A stretch of DNA of 64,000 bases from contig JAFGDO010000012.1 of NCBI GenBank assembly GCA_016932045.1, forward strand, positions 4,195 through 68,194, written 5' to 3'. The notes under the pieces were generated by a model. It made no database searches and was not told the origin of the DNA. It saw only the letters and a program-made list of their open reading frames with translations. This document shows, piece after piece, positions 51,296 through 61,342 of this stretch. Made by a program: the position numbers and the translations under genes. Position 1 is the first letter of the stretch; each line of letters opens with the position of its first letter. Origin of the DNA: Candidatus Dojkabacteria bacterium (GTDB taxonomy: Bacteria; Patescibacteriota; Dojkabacteria; JAHIVN01).

Positions 51296-51895
51296 ATGAA
51301 TTATAAAAATATAGCAGAGTTTCTTTTTGAGGTAGGGCAGGCAAGAAATGTTCAGAATGTTGGTTGGCAGCTAATTAACGCCGAAAATATTCCTTCAATT
51401 GCAGAACATTCTTACCGGAATGCAATTATTGCCTTACTTCTAGCTGAAATGGAAGGTGTAGAAAACATTGAAAAAGTAGCTTTAAATGGACTTTTACATA
51501 AATTGCATAAAGTACGACTTGGTGACCGTCATAAGGTTTCTGCGAATTATCTTGACTATCCACCGGAAGTAAAATCTTCAATAAGAGGAGATCAACTTTC
51601 ATTGCTAGGAGATGACTTAAAGAAAAGAATAGAAAATATTTTAGAATTAAATGATGAATTAAAAGAAATAGTAAAGGATGCAGATCAATTAGAGTTAGCA
51701 TTAGAAGCAAAGGAGTATATAGATAAAGGGTATAAAAAAGCGCAGGTTTGGCTTGATAGAATTGATCAGGTATTACAGACAAATTCAGCTAAAAAACTCT
51801 TTGACGAGATAATACAAACTCACTCATGTAATTGGTGGCTAAACCTCAAAAAAAAGCCTCAAACTAAAAGAAACGACTATATAAGTAGAGTTTAG
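51296..51895 (+). CDS. HD-domain protein (YfbR/HDDC2-like) with altered HD motif
   Basis: GW...SIAEHSYR, LLHKLH (for HD), GD, DADQLE. Confidence 0.8.
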   Translation: MNYKNIAEFLFEVGQARNVQNVGWQLINAENIPSIAEHSYRNAIIALLLAEMEGVENIEKVALNGLLHKLHKVRLGDRHKVSANYLDYPPEVKSSIRGDQLSLLGDDLKKRIENILELNDELKEIVKDADQLELALEAKEYIDKGYKKAQVWLDRIDQVLQTNSAKKLFDEIIQTHSCNWWLNLKKKPQTKRNDYISRV

Positions 51896-52153
51896 GATGG
51901 GTTAGCTATCTCACCCCTATAATTACATTCATCAATCTAGTTGATACTCCGAATATATTTTACAGTTACGAGAAGTTTCCTGTCATAGTGGTTCTATCGA
52001 GGAACTTCCTGAAAAGAGTAGTACCAACATACGCTTACAATATAAGTTATGCTATACTTGGGTCCCATAGTAAATTCGCGGAAAAATTTTTACAAAATAA
52101 GCTTATAGTTATCAACAAAAAACTAAAACACAAATCTTGATATAATTATCATT

Positions 52154-53782
52154 ATGAACAACATAGAAAAGATAATTGTTGAATTATCAAAACTTAAAAG
52201 AATGTCATATAAAAAATTTAGAAAGATTCTTTCGAAGTATCCTTGTGAAGGTACAAGGATTTATTCAAAGAGTGAGATCTTAGGTGGTTATAATGAATTA
52301 ATTAGACAAGGGAAAATAAAAAGAAATATTGGAATAGAAGGTTTTCTGCAAACTAAGCCAACACGAACAATTTCAGGTGTTGCTCCAGTAACGGTATTAA
52401 CTAAACCGTATAAATGTCCTAGAAAATGTATATTTTGTCCGACTCGCGAGGATCAGCCCAAAAGTTACTTATCTTCTGAGCCTGGTGCTATGAGAGCTAA
52501 AATGCTGGAATTTGATCCCTATCGACAGGTAAGTATACGAATTAAAGCACTTGAAAATATTGGCCACAACACAGATAAAGTCGAGCTAATAATTCTTGGA
52601 GGAACGTGGTCGTCATATCCCGAGAAGTATCAAGTTTGGTTTGTAAAGGAGTGTTTCAGAGCGATGAATGAACAAGATAATAAAAGTCATACTAATGATC
52701 AAATTGATCAGCTAAATGATTTAGGTCTACAAGTATTGAGAAAGGAATTATTAATTGAACAAAAAAGAAACGAAACAGCAAAGCATCGCTGTGTCGGCCT
52801 TGTCATAGAAACACGTCCGGACTGTGTTGATGATGAAGAAGTAAAATTCTTAAGATTTCTTGGAGTTACAAAAGTACAGATAGGAGTACAGACTCTTGAT
52901 GATAAAATTCTTAAGTTAAACCAAAGAGGCCACACAGTTAAGGATATTAAGAAGGCTATCACACTGTTACGTCTTGCCGGTTTTAAGCTACATTTACACT
53001 GGATGCTTAATTTGTATGGATCAAATTCTCAAAAGGATTACAGGGATTTTAAAAGACTGTTTGATGATCCCGGCATAAGACCAGATGAACTTAAGATATA
53101 CCCATGTGTGCTTATCAAGGGGACAGAACTTTATGAGTTATATAAGAAAGGTAAATATAAGCCGTATACGAAGGATGAATTACTTGACCTTCTAGTAAAG
53201 TGTAAACAATATATACCAAGATATACAAGAATTAGTCGTTTATTTAGAGATATTCCTTCATTTGAGATTATTGGAAGTGTGAAGGAGACAAATTTTAGAG
53301 AAATTGTACTGAACGAAATGAAGAATAGGGGACTTAGATGTAACTGTATAAGATGCCGTGAAGTTAGAGAATTAAAAATTAAAAATAAAAAATTAAAAAT
53401 TGAGAAGATTCATTACAGAACCAATGTTTCTGATGAATTCTTCATAAGCTTCATAAGTCCGGATGACAAGATTGTAGGTTTTTTAAGACTATCATTACCC
53501 TATAGAAAGTATGCAGAAGCAAATTCTATTCAGGAGATTCAAAACAGCGCAATGATTAGAGAAGTTCATGTTTATGGAGCAAGTCAAAAGTTAAATATAT
53601 CAAGTAAAAAAGCATCGCAACATAAGGGAATTGGGGTGAAGTTAATTAAAAAGGCTGAAGAAATAGCTAAAAGCAGGGGTTTCAATAAAATATCAGTTAT
53701 TTCTGCCGTTGGTACAAGAGAATATTACAAAAGAAGAGGCTACAGGATGGGAGAACTGTATATGTCAAAAGATTTAAAATAA
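52154..53782 (+). CDS. elp3: Elp3-like tRNA U34 carboxymethylase (radical SAM + GNAT)
   Basis: RTISGVAPV, CPRKCIFCP, PKSY, GGTW, ETRPD, LKIYP, CIRCRE, IREVHVYG, QHKGIG, GTREYY. Confidence 0.95.
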   Translation: MNNIEKIIVELSKLKRMSYKKFRKILSKYPCEGTRIYSKSEILGGYNELIRQGKIKRNIGIEGFLQTKPTRTISGVAPVTVLTKPYKCPRKCIFCPTREDQPKSYLSSEPGAMRAKMLEFDPYRQVSIRIKALENIGHNTDKVELIILGGTWSSYPEKYQVWFVKECFRAMNEQDNKSHTNDQIDQLNDLGLQVLRKELLIEQKRNETAKHRCVGLVIETRPDCVDDEEVKFLRFLGVTKVQIGVQTLDDKILKLNQRGHTVKDIKKAITLLRLAGFKLHLHWMLNLYGSNSQKDYRDFKRLFDDPGIRPDELKIYPCVLIKGTELYELYKKGKYKPYTKDELLDLLVKCKQYIPRYTRISRLFRDIPSFEIIGSVKETNFREIVLNEMKNRGLRCNCIRCREVRELKIKNKKLKIEKIHYRTNVSDEFFISFISPDDKIVGFLRLSLPYRKYAEANSIQEIQNSAMIREVHVYGASQKLNISSKKASQHKGIGVKLIKKAEEIAKSRGFNKISVISAVGTREYYKRRGYRMGELYMSKDLK

Positions 53783-53797
53783 GGAGAGATTGTTTTC

Positions 53798-54862
53798 TCA
53801 TTTTACCTTTTGTTCTTTATTCATCCTTCTTACTTTCAAGATGATAAAGAAGCTCGTACCAAGGGAGATGCCGGCTGCAAAGGCTATCACTAGCCACCGT
53901 GGAATTTCGAGAGTTTTTGGTTTTTCTCCTGTAAAAGGCAATGTTATTTCAATAACAGTTCTAGGTGGTGTTATCTCAAAAGTCAGAGTATCTATTACTT
54001 CGGTTTTACCATCGCTCGTAACTTCAATATTTAATTTATATTCACCCTTATCAAGTCCTTCCGTATTAATAGTGATTGACCAAGTGCCGTTTTCATCAGC
54101 TTGAGTCTCATAAACCTGCGTTGTTCCTTCTATGACTATTCGCACTAGAGCAAAGGGTGTAGTACTTCCATAGACAGTAAAGGAATCAGAGTGTTCGATC
54201 TCAGGAACATTGTCATACCTGTATCTTACTCCAAGATATTCAATATAATCGACGAGAAGTTTATCTTCTCCATTTTCTTTGCTTTCCTCTTCAGTTTCTT
54301 GCTTCGGTGGAGGAGGTTGTACTGGTTGTGTTGGCGGTATTATTTGCTGTGTTGTGATAAAGCAGGATGATTTATTAAAAGTACAATTGCTGTAGCATGA
54401 TAATGTACCTCCAGTATATCCAAAAGTAGAGCAGCTATAGCCACCTAAGTCATTCTTGTCGCACTCTTCCTCGTCTTGACGTACACCGTTTCCACATGCA
54501 GGTTGTGCTGTTGTGCATTCTGAAGTGTTAAATGTACAATTACCATTACAACTTAATGTGCCAGTGTCGTAGCCTAGTGTAACACATGAATGACCCCCAA
54601 GATTGGTACCGTCACACTCCTCATATTCTTCAATAGCTCCATTGCCGCATGTTGTCACTGTTACATATGTATCTATCGCGCCCAGTATAGATGATTGTCT
54701 CCTCGGCTTTACTAAAGTATACGAACCTATAAATCCTGCATTTACCTTATGAGTGAAGATAAAGATTATTGATATACAGGTGATAATGACAGCAAATATT
54801 AAAGACGTTACATAAATAGCCTCATCTATTTTTTTTAGAAAGTCATTTAGTTTTTTTATCAC
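53798..54862 (-). CDS. Surface protein with two Cys-rich repeats, Ig-like domain and LPxTG-like sorting signal
   Basis: Two copies of CGNG.....E.CD..(N/D)LGG.SC...GY..GTLSC...CTFN.S.C; Ig-like ADENGTWSI; LPFTG + TM + basic tail. Confidence 0.8.
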   Translation of the reverse strand: MIKKLNDFLKKIDEAIYVTSLIFAVIITCISIIFIFTHKVNAGFIGSYTLVKPRRQSSILGAIDTYVTVTTCGNGAIEEYEECDGTNLGGHSCVTLGYDTGTLSCNGNCTFNTSECTTAQPACGNGVRQDEEECDKNDLGGYSCSTFGYTGGTLSCYSNCTFNKSSCFITTQQIIPPTQPVQPPPPKQETEEESKENGEDKLLVDYIEYLGVRYRYDNVPEIEHSDSFTVYGSTTPFALVRIVIEGTTQVYETQADENGTWSITINTEGLDKGEYKLNIEVTSDGKTEVIDTLTFEITPPRTVIEITLPFTGEKPKTLEIPRWLVIAFAAGISLGTSFFIILKVRRMNKEQKVK

Positions 54863-55059
54863 ATTTTTGTGGAATGTAGATATAAATCATTATACACATA
54901 GGCAAAACGTTTGCAAAGATGGAGTTTGTTCGATATTTATAACTTGTACTTATTAATTTAAGAACACAGTATCTTTTTAAGAATCCAAAAGCTACATAGC
55001 TGAAAGCAGTAAGCTGTATTCTTCATTTTTAATTCCTAATTGATAATTGAAGATTGTGC

Positions 55060-55152
55060 TTCGGTAAGTTCGACTCGACTGCCTCGGTCCCGAGGTCCCC
55101 CCTGGCCATACGTCCTGGACAGGCAGGCGGAAGGAAACTCGTCGCAGTCCGG
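55060..55152. repeat. GC-rich nested hairpin/REP-like composite
   Basis: GC-rich island in an AT-rich spacer; contains ttcgac..., cctcgg/ccgagg and cctgg...caggcagg, related to elements at 27508, 40841 and 25609. Confidence 0.45.
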
Positions 55153-55255
55153 ATAGGAAGATTGAGAACCACAGACTCCAGGATGGCTTGATGTCTTTTA
55201 CCTTTGGCCTTGTAGTCTGATATAATTTCTATAGCATAAATTATTAATAATTATC

Positions 55256-56119
55256 ATGAAAAAGAATTATACTGTCGCTCTTATAACATGTTCAGTAGTA
55301 ATCTTTCTTGTCGTAGCCCTAGTTGGAGCCGGTTTTGCTACGTACTGGTTTGTTTTTAGAATACCAAGTCCTGCCAAAGCCTTTAAACAAGCTTCAGAGG
55401 AAGTGAAAGATATGGAAACAGTCAGCTTTGATATAAATATGGAAGCTACCTACGAACTTGCATTTGATGATGAGCTTGCTATTTACAATCAGGAGATTAG
55501 AAGTGAATTTGAAGGAGAGGGAGTAGTTGACTCAAAAAACGAAAGAATGAGAATGGAATTGACTGTCAAGATGTCCGGTATGAGCATGAAAATGATTGAA
55601 GTCCTAGATGGGGATACATTGTATATTAAGACAGGTAGCGATGATTTTGTTAAGATTGATATTAACGAACTTGACTCAAGTGAATATTCTGATTCAGCTA
55701 TGACTCGAGAGGATTTGACAAAACAGCAGGTTTGGTCTGACCTTCCATCAGAAGTAAATTATGAATATATAGAAGAGGATAAAATAGATGACGTTAAAAT
55801 GTATCATTATAGAGTTGATATTTCAGAGGAGAATCTAGAAGACTTTCTTGGTACATTTACAGAGTCCTTTGTTGATAGTTTTAATGCTTCAGCTGGAGGT
55901 GTTTTGGAGATTTCTGACGACGATATAGCTATAGAGGGAGTAAGCCTTGAGGTTTGGGTAAATCAGAAGGATGCCTCACCCTCAAAAGAGATGGTAGAAA
56001 TTGAAAGAATCACAATTAACCTTGGAGAATATGGTAAGATGTATATAAAGGATGTCTTTATGGAGTTTGTGTACAAGGAAGTGAATGGTGCAGTAGAAAT
56101 AGAAATTCCCGAAGTGTAA
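55256..56119 (+). CDS. Membrane-anchored LppX/LolA-like (DUF6612-like) protein
   Basis: N-terminal TM; GEGVVDS, DTLYIK, EDKIDDVKMYHYRV, EVWV, VEIEIP; similar to 41649. Confidence 0.6.
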   Translation: MKKNYTVALITCSVVIFLVVALVGAGFATYWFVFRIPSPAKAFKQASEEVKDMETVSFDINMEATYELAFDDELAIYNQEIRSEFEGEGVVDSKNERMRMELTVKMSGMSMKMIEVLDGDTLYIKTGSDDFVKIDINELDSSEYSDSAMTREDLTKQQVWSDLPSEVNYEYIEEDKIDDVKMYHYRVDISEENLEDFLGTFTESFVDSFNASAGGVLEISDDDIAIEGVSLEVWVNQKDASPSKEMVEIERITINLGEYGKMYIKDVFMEFVYKEVNGAVEIEIPEV

Positions 56120-56137
56120 TATTTTAAGCCTACAATA

Positions 56138-56338
56138 GTGGAAAGACCTGGATTTAAGGAATTTAAAAGATCCCGAGAGATAAAATTTAGAAATTTTATG
56201 ATTGCAGTTGTTGGAGTATTAATTGTTAGTTGTGTTTGCTGCGAATGCTCTTCCCGCTTATTTCAAGAACAAAGACCTGCGGAACAAAGTGAAGCTTTAG
56301 TATTTGTCGTTTCAGAATATGTTTCTCTAGACCCTTAG
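56138..56338 (+). CDS. Small hypothetical membrane protein
   Basis: 66 aa; hydrophobic stretch followed by CVCCEC. Confidence 0.4.
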   Translation: MERPGFKEFKRSREIKFRNFMIAVVGVLIVSCVCCECSSRLFQEQRPAEQSEALVFVVSEYVSLDP

Positions 56339-56498
56339 TAGACTTTTTATCTTTATTTTTTGCATACTCGACACGTAGCTGGGTGGTTGGATAACCAGCT
56401 GAAAGTAAATAGATTGAAGTTGAGGATTGTAGAATGTTATTTTGCTGGATGATTGGACAGCCAGATGGTTAGGATTCAGTAATAGACCTTTCCCTCTA

Positions 56499-59400
56499 TT
56501 ATCCACACTTTGAGTATCCGCAGCTCTGACACATCATGCAGCCTTCAGCGTATTGTAGATCTCCCCCACAATCAGGACACTCGGGAAGCATATCGTAATG
56601 ATTTTCTTTTACGTAATGTGAAGCATGATCATCTTCTGCCTTTGCGGTTTCTTTTGTTGGGGCGTCATGTGTATTAGAGGTTACTACTTTTGAGTCTGAA
56701 ACATGATTAGTCTGATTTTCAGAAATATCTTTTTCACTTTTTACTTCAAGCTTTTGATTTTCCTTAAACATGGAAATTTTTCCCTCGCGTTCTTTTTTGT
56801 AATTTTCTAATACTTTAGCAATAGCATCTGGAACTGAATATACAAACATGCCTTTATTTAATGTGGGTGCAGACGTTCGAATACCTTTCAGTTGATCAAT
56901 AATTGATTCAAGCGAAAGGCCTGCTCGCAGCGAAACAGAAACTAAACGACCGATAGCCTCACAATAACCAGATGAATAACCTCCGCTTTTGCCTATATTT
57001 AAGAATACTTCTGATATCCCTTTAGAATCTTCATTAATAGTTACATAAAGCGATCCTTGATCAGTTTTAACCTGTGTGGTTACTCCTCTTGTTGTTATAG
57101 GTCTTGGCCGTGGTTCTTCGAGTACTTTTTCCTCACCCGCTACTGTTTTAGTAAGACCAGCTTTTTGCGCCTCATCTTTACAGCCTTCTCTAAATATTGT
57201 AATTCCCTTACATCCTGATTCATAAGCTTGTTGATAAATTCTCTTCACGTTGTCCACGGTTGCACTCTTTTGTAGGTTGATAGTTTTTGAAACACCACTG
57301 TCACAATGTTTCTGAAACGCTGCTTGGATTAAAACATGTATACCCGGGTCAATCTCGTGACTGGTTTTGAAAATTTCAAGTACATCTTCTGGTATATTCT
57401 TATTTTCTGAGAGTTTTTTCCCTTCCGACAAGCTGTTCATCAGGTCATTTGAGTAAAAACCTCTCTGTCGAGCAACTCTTTCAAAAAGATTTTCAACTAC
57501 AGTTTGTTCTTCTCCTCCCAAAGAATTCATTCTCTTAAAAACAAGTGCAAATAAAGGTTCAATACCAGGATTACAGTTAGCTACTATTGAGATAGTTCCC
57601 GTTGGGGCAATAGTTGTGCATCGTGAATTGCGCATATTCTTTATACCTATCTTATCCCATACACTGCCTTTGAACTCGGGAAAATTGCCTCTTTTTTTTG
57701 CGAGATGTTGCGAGAATAGATGTGATTTGTCATTAAGAAAGTGCATAACCTTTTCAGCTATTATGATAGCATCCTTGCTTGAATACGAAACACCAAGCTT
57801 AATAAGCAGATCTGCAAATCCCATAAGACCCAAACCAATACTTCGAGTTGCTTTAGTAGCTCTTTCAATTTCCTTAATTGGATAGTTATTAATATCAATT
57901 ACATTGTCAAGAAATTCAATACCAACTTGTATTAAATATTCAAATTTTTCCCAATTGATATGTTTGAGCTTTTGACTAAGTTTACTCCTGAAAAAATCTG
58001 GTTTCTCAAGATAGGGAAAACCATCTACTATTTTACTTAGATTTATATTTCCCAGATTGCAGGATTCAAAGGGAAGAAGTGGTTGTTCTCCACAAGGGTT
58101 AGTTGCTTCTATTTCACCTAGATGTGGAGTAGGATTCCCTTTTTTGATGTGATCAAGAAATATAAGCCCCGGGTCTCCGCTTTGCCAAGCGTGCTTCGAG
58201 ATGAGATCAAACAATTCACGAGCTTTGACTTTTTCTTTTACAAGCTTGTCATGAGGGTCAATTAATTCCCATTTTCTGTCGTTTTTTACCGCTTGCATAA
58301 ATTCTTCTGTTATCCCTACTGAAATATTGTAGTGTGTAAGTTCACTATCATGATCCTTAGCTTTTATAAATTTTGTGATGTCAGGGTGATCAACATTTAA
58401 GATAGCCATTGAACCCATCTGTCTTCCGCCCCTTCCTATTACAGTATCTTGAGCTCTATTATAAACTTTGAGGTATTCGACTGGTCCTGCGGCATGTTCA
58501 CCTGTACTTTTAACCTTTGCATAGGTTGATCGAAGGTGTGAGAAGTTGAAACCAGTGCCGCCACCATGTCTTAGAACCTCAATATTGTCATTTAAAGTGT
58601 TAAAAATCCCTTTTATGGAGTCCTCGATAGGTAAAACAAAGCATTTGGACCAGATAGCATTCTTACCCTCATTTCCTGCCATTCCTGCCCAGATTAAAGC
58701 TCCTCCGCATTGGAATTCTAGGTTCTTCAAGGCATTAAAGAATTTTATCTTGCTTTCTTCGATTTCAGATTCAGTATAACCATAATTTTTAGCAGCCGAA
58801 GATATATACTCAGCTATTCGCATAAAGAGTTCTCTTGGTGTTTCTATAACCTTTTCTTCTGAGTTTTTTTTCAATGCACGCTTCTCAAGAACTTTGTAAG
58901 CATTCTTTGTAAGGTTTACTTCAATTGACTTCGCTTTGTATGTTGAAAGCTTTTCGAGTACTTTTTGTAAGGCTTTATATCTAGGATTAAAGCTCTTAAA
59001 GTCTTCTTCGCTGGGAGATTTAGTAAATATATTTAACCCTTCATGTACAAAGATATATTTGTATCTCTTTTGCCCTGTTTTTATGAGTTTACCGGGTATC
59101 TTGGTTATAGAAGAAATAGTATTTTGTGTTGATGGATCGTATATAGCTATAGCACAAGAAATATAGGCTTTTGATCCATCTTCTTTAGAGAATTTAAGGA
59201 TTTTTTTGTACAGTTTGGAAGAATATTCGTCTTGTAAACCAAAGTGCAGAATCTGATCATTTTTTCTTATAAATCTCGGTTTGTTATAGATAAAACCGAT
59301 AGCATCTACTATAACCATGCTACTTTTTTCACTGCCAATTTTCTTAGCAGCTAATTCCACCTCTTTGATTAATCCTCGTTGAGTAGTCTTATTCCTGATT

Positions 59401-61313
59401 GTCTCATTAAGCTTCACTTGGTCACTTATAGTGTCTAAAACATAAGACCCATTATACTGCTTAAAGAATTCCTTTATGTCACCTATTTTGTTTTCATCTT
59501 TTGAGGCTATATGGAGTTTTACCTGTTCCTTTGGTTTGACCTTTACATTTAAGTTGCTTTTTTGGGTACTGACATAGGTCTGGCTATCCTTGCAACCGTC
59601 TCGAAAAATAGTTATACCTTTTACTTTATTCCTATAAGCTTCAATAAAAACTCGTCGTACATCTTCTACTGATGCTTCATTTGAAAAATTAATGGTTTTT
59701 GAAATCGCATTATCAACGTGTTCCTGAAAAGCTGCCTGCATCTTTAAGTGCATCATTGGTTCTATCTCGTGTGCTGTTATAAAAATTCTTTTATATTTAT
59801 CGGGTACTTCTTGTATTTGCAGGATGGGTTTATTATTAGCCAGCTCTTCAAGGAGTTCTTCAGAATAAAATCCTTTTTGCTCAGCAATATATTTAAAGGC
59901 TTGGTTAACATTGAACATTATTTTGGTTGCACGGTAATTTTTGTCTTCAATACCTCCAATTTTGAAGGCTAGAGCATAAACAGGTTCAATCCCACCTGTT
60001 GAACCGCCGATGATACTTGTATTCCCGTTTGGTGCAATTGTTGTTATCGTAGCATTTCTTACTGGTAGTTTTTTCTCTTCCCATTTACTTCCTTTATAAG
60101 CAGGAAATGTACCTCTTTTTTTAGCCAGACTTATTGATGCTTTTATACCTTCTTTCCTGATGAAGCTCATTATCTTCTTAGCATATTCTATAGCAGCATC
60201 TGAGCTATATGAAATTCCTTTTAGTATAAGTACATCGGCAAATCCCATGAGCCCCATACCTATTTTCCTGTTTGTAAACCGAGTGGTCTTTTTTATCTCC
60301 TCAAGTGGATAATAATTTATGTCAATTATGTTATCAAGGAAATGAACAGCAGTTCGGATTGTTTCCTTGAGTTTTTTCCAATTTATATCTTTCCCTTTGA
60401 AATCAAAGTGAGTTCTTAGATTTAAAGCCCCAAGATTACATGATTCATAGGGCAGAAGTGGTTGTTCACCGCACGGATTCGTTGCATTAATTGTCCCAAT
60501 ACTCGGAGTGGGATTATCTTTCTCAAGATTATCAAGAAAAGCAACGCCAGGATCACCTGTTTTGTGAGCAAGTTCTATAATTTCATTAAAAATATATCTT
60601 GCATTAAGTTTTTTCACATTCCTTTTTGTCCTAGGGTTTATAAGGTCGTACTCTTCATCGTTCTGTAAGGCTTTCATAAATTTGTCAGTAATCCCAACAG
60701 AAATGTTGAAATTCATGATAGTTCTATCACGTTCTTTCAGGTGTATGAATTCCAATATATCAGGGTGATCTACATTCAGAATAGCTATATTTGCTCCTCC
60801 TCTTTTTCCTCCCTGTCTGATTCCCATCAAGGCTTCTGAAAATGTTTTTATAAAGTGGCAGGGTCCGGCAGCAACATCGGGTATTCCACCAGCTTGATCA
60901 CCTTTGGGCCTAATTGCAGAAAAATTAAATCCTGTACCGCCGCCCTTCCACTGAACCTGAACAGCATCGGAAAGCGTTTTATAGATACTATCAAGAGAAT
61001 CTTCTATTGGCAGTACAAAACAAGCAGATAAAGTTTTATTTTTTTTGCCTGCATTAAGAAGAGTAGGTGAATTAGGAATAAAAAGAAGATTATAAAGAAT
61101 ATCATAGAATTCCTTTTCAGTTTTTTTTAATTGAGTTTCACTTTTAGTATAAATAAGATCAGCGCTTGATACCCACTTTGCAACTCTTTCAAATAGATCA
61201 TGAGGTGTTTCAATAGGGTGACCCTCCTTATCAGTTTTTAAAAATCGACTTTCCAAAAGCTGAATAGAATTCTCTGTGTAACAGGCCGGCAGGTTATATT
61301 TACCGATTTTCAT
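56499..61313 (-). CDS. nrdJ: Tandem class II (AdoCbl) ribonucleotide reductase fusion: NrdJ - Ham1-like - NrdJ - TSCPD/Zn-ribbon
   Basis: Two full sets of [38 protein letters not shown] and KGITIFR. About 190-aa Ham1-like linker; C-terminal RPITTRG.. domain and [16 protein letters not shown]. Confidence 0.93.
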   Translation of the reverse strand: MKIGKYNLPACYTENSIQLLESRFLKTDKEGHPIETPHDLFERVAKWVSSADLIYTKSETQLKKTEKEFYDILYNLLFIPNSPTLLNAGKKNKTLSACFVLPIEDSLDSIYKTLSDAVQVQWKGGGTGFNFSAIRPKGDQAGGIPDVAAGPCHFIKTFSEALMGIRQGGKRGGANIAILNVDHPDILEFIHLKERDRTIMNFNISVGITDKFMKALQNDEEYDLINPRTKRNVKKLNARYIFNEIIELAHKTGDPGVAFLDNLEKDNPTPSIGTINATNPCGEQPLLPYESCNLGALNLRTHFDFKGKDINWKKLKETIRTAVHFLDNIIDINYYPLEEIKKTTRFTNRKIGMGLMGFADVLILKGISYSSDAAIEYAKKIMSFIRKEGIKASISLAKKRGTFPAYKGSKWEEKKLPVRNATITTIAPNGNTSIIGGSTGGIEPVYALAFKIGGIEDKNYRATKIMFNVNQAFKYIAEQKGFYSEELLEELANNKPILQIQEVPDKYKRIFITAHEIEPMMHLKMQAAFQEHVDNAISKTINFSNEASVEDVRRVFIEAYRNKVKGITIFRDGCKDSQTYVSTQKSNLNVKVKPKEQVKLHIASKDENKIGDIKEFFKQYNGSYVLDTISDQVKLNETIRNKTTQRGLIKEVELAAKKIGSEKSSMVIVDAIGFIYNKPRFIRKNDQILHFGLQDEYSSKLYKKILKFSKEDGSKAYISCAIAIYDPSTQNTISSITKIPGKLIKTGQKRYKYIFVHEGLNIFTKSPSEEDFKSFNPRYKALQKVLEKLSTYKAKSIEVNLTKNAYKVLEKRALKKNSEEKVIETPRELFMRIAEYISSAAKNYGYTESEIEESKIKFFNALKNLEFQCGGALIWAGMAGNEGKNAIWSKCFVLPIEDSIKGIFNTLNDNIEVLRHGGGTGFNFSHLRSTYAKVKSTGEHAAGPVEYLKVYNRAQDTVIGRGGRQMGSMAILNVDHPDITKFIKAKDHDSELTHYNISVGITEEFMQAVKNDRKWELIDPHDKLVKEKVKARELFDLISKHAWQSGDPGLIFLDHIKKGNPTPHLGEIEATNPCGEQPLLPFESCNLGNINLSKIVDGFPYLEKPDFFRSKLSQKLKHINWEKFEYLIQVGIEFLDNVIDINNYPIKEIERATKATRSIGLGLMGFADLLIKLGVSYSSKDAIIIAEKVMHFLNDKSHLFSQHLAKKRGNFPEFKGSVWDKIGIKNMRNSRCTTIAPTGTISIVANCNPGIEPLFALVFKRMNSLGGEEQTVVENLFERVARQRGFYSNDLMNSLSEGKKLSENKNIPEDVLEIFKTSHEIDPGIHVLIQAAFQKHCDSGVSKTINLQKSATVDNVKRIYQQAYESGCKGITIFREGCKDEAQKAGLTKTVAGEEKVLEEPRPRPITTRGVTTQVKTDQGSLYVTINEDSKGISEVFLNIGKSGGYSSGYCEAIGRLVSVSLRAGLSLESIIDQLKGIRTSAPTLNKGMFVYSVPDAIAKVLENYKKEREGKISMFKENQKLEVKSEKDISENQTNHVSDSKVVTSNTHDAPTKETAKAEDDHASHYVKENHYDMLPECPDCGGDLQYAEGCMMCQSCGYSKCG

Positions 61314-61342
61314 TTTCGAGTGTTAGTAAGATATGAAAAAAT

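Noticed and set aside
52060-52082. tRNA-like start gggtcccatagt after a TGCTATACT box
   Set aside because: No D-, anticodon- or T-arm and no acceptor complement follows; at most a fragment.
56372-56402. Possible small RNA gene
   Set aside because: Only a short agctgg/ccagct hairpin between convergent genes; no recognisable RNA family.
58947-59525. Intein or homing endonuclease inside the large RNR
   Set aside because: No C/S-start or HN-C/S/T splice motifs and no LAGLIDADG; the segment lies between two complete barrels and resembles Ham1.
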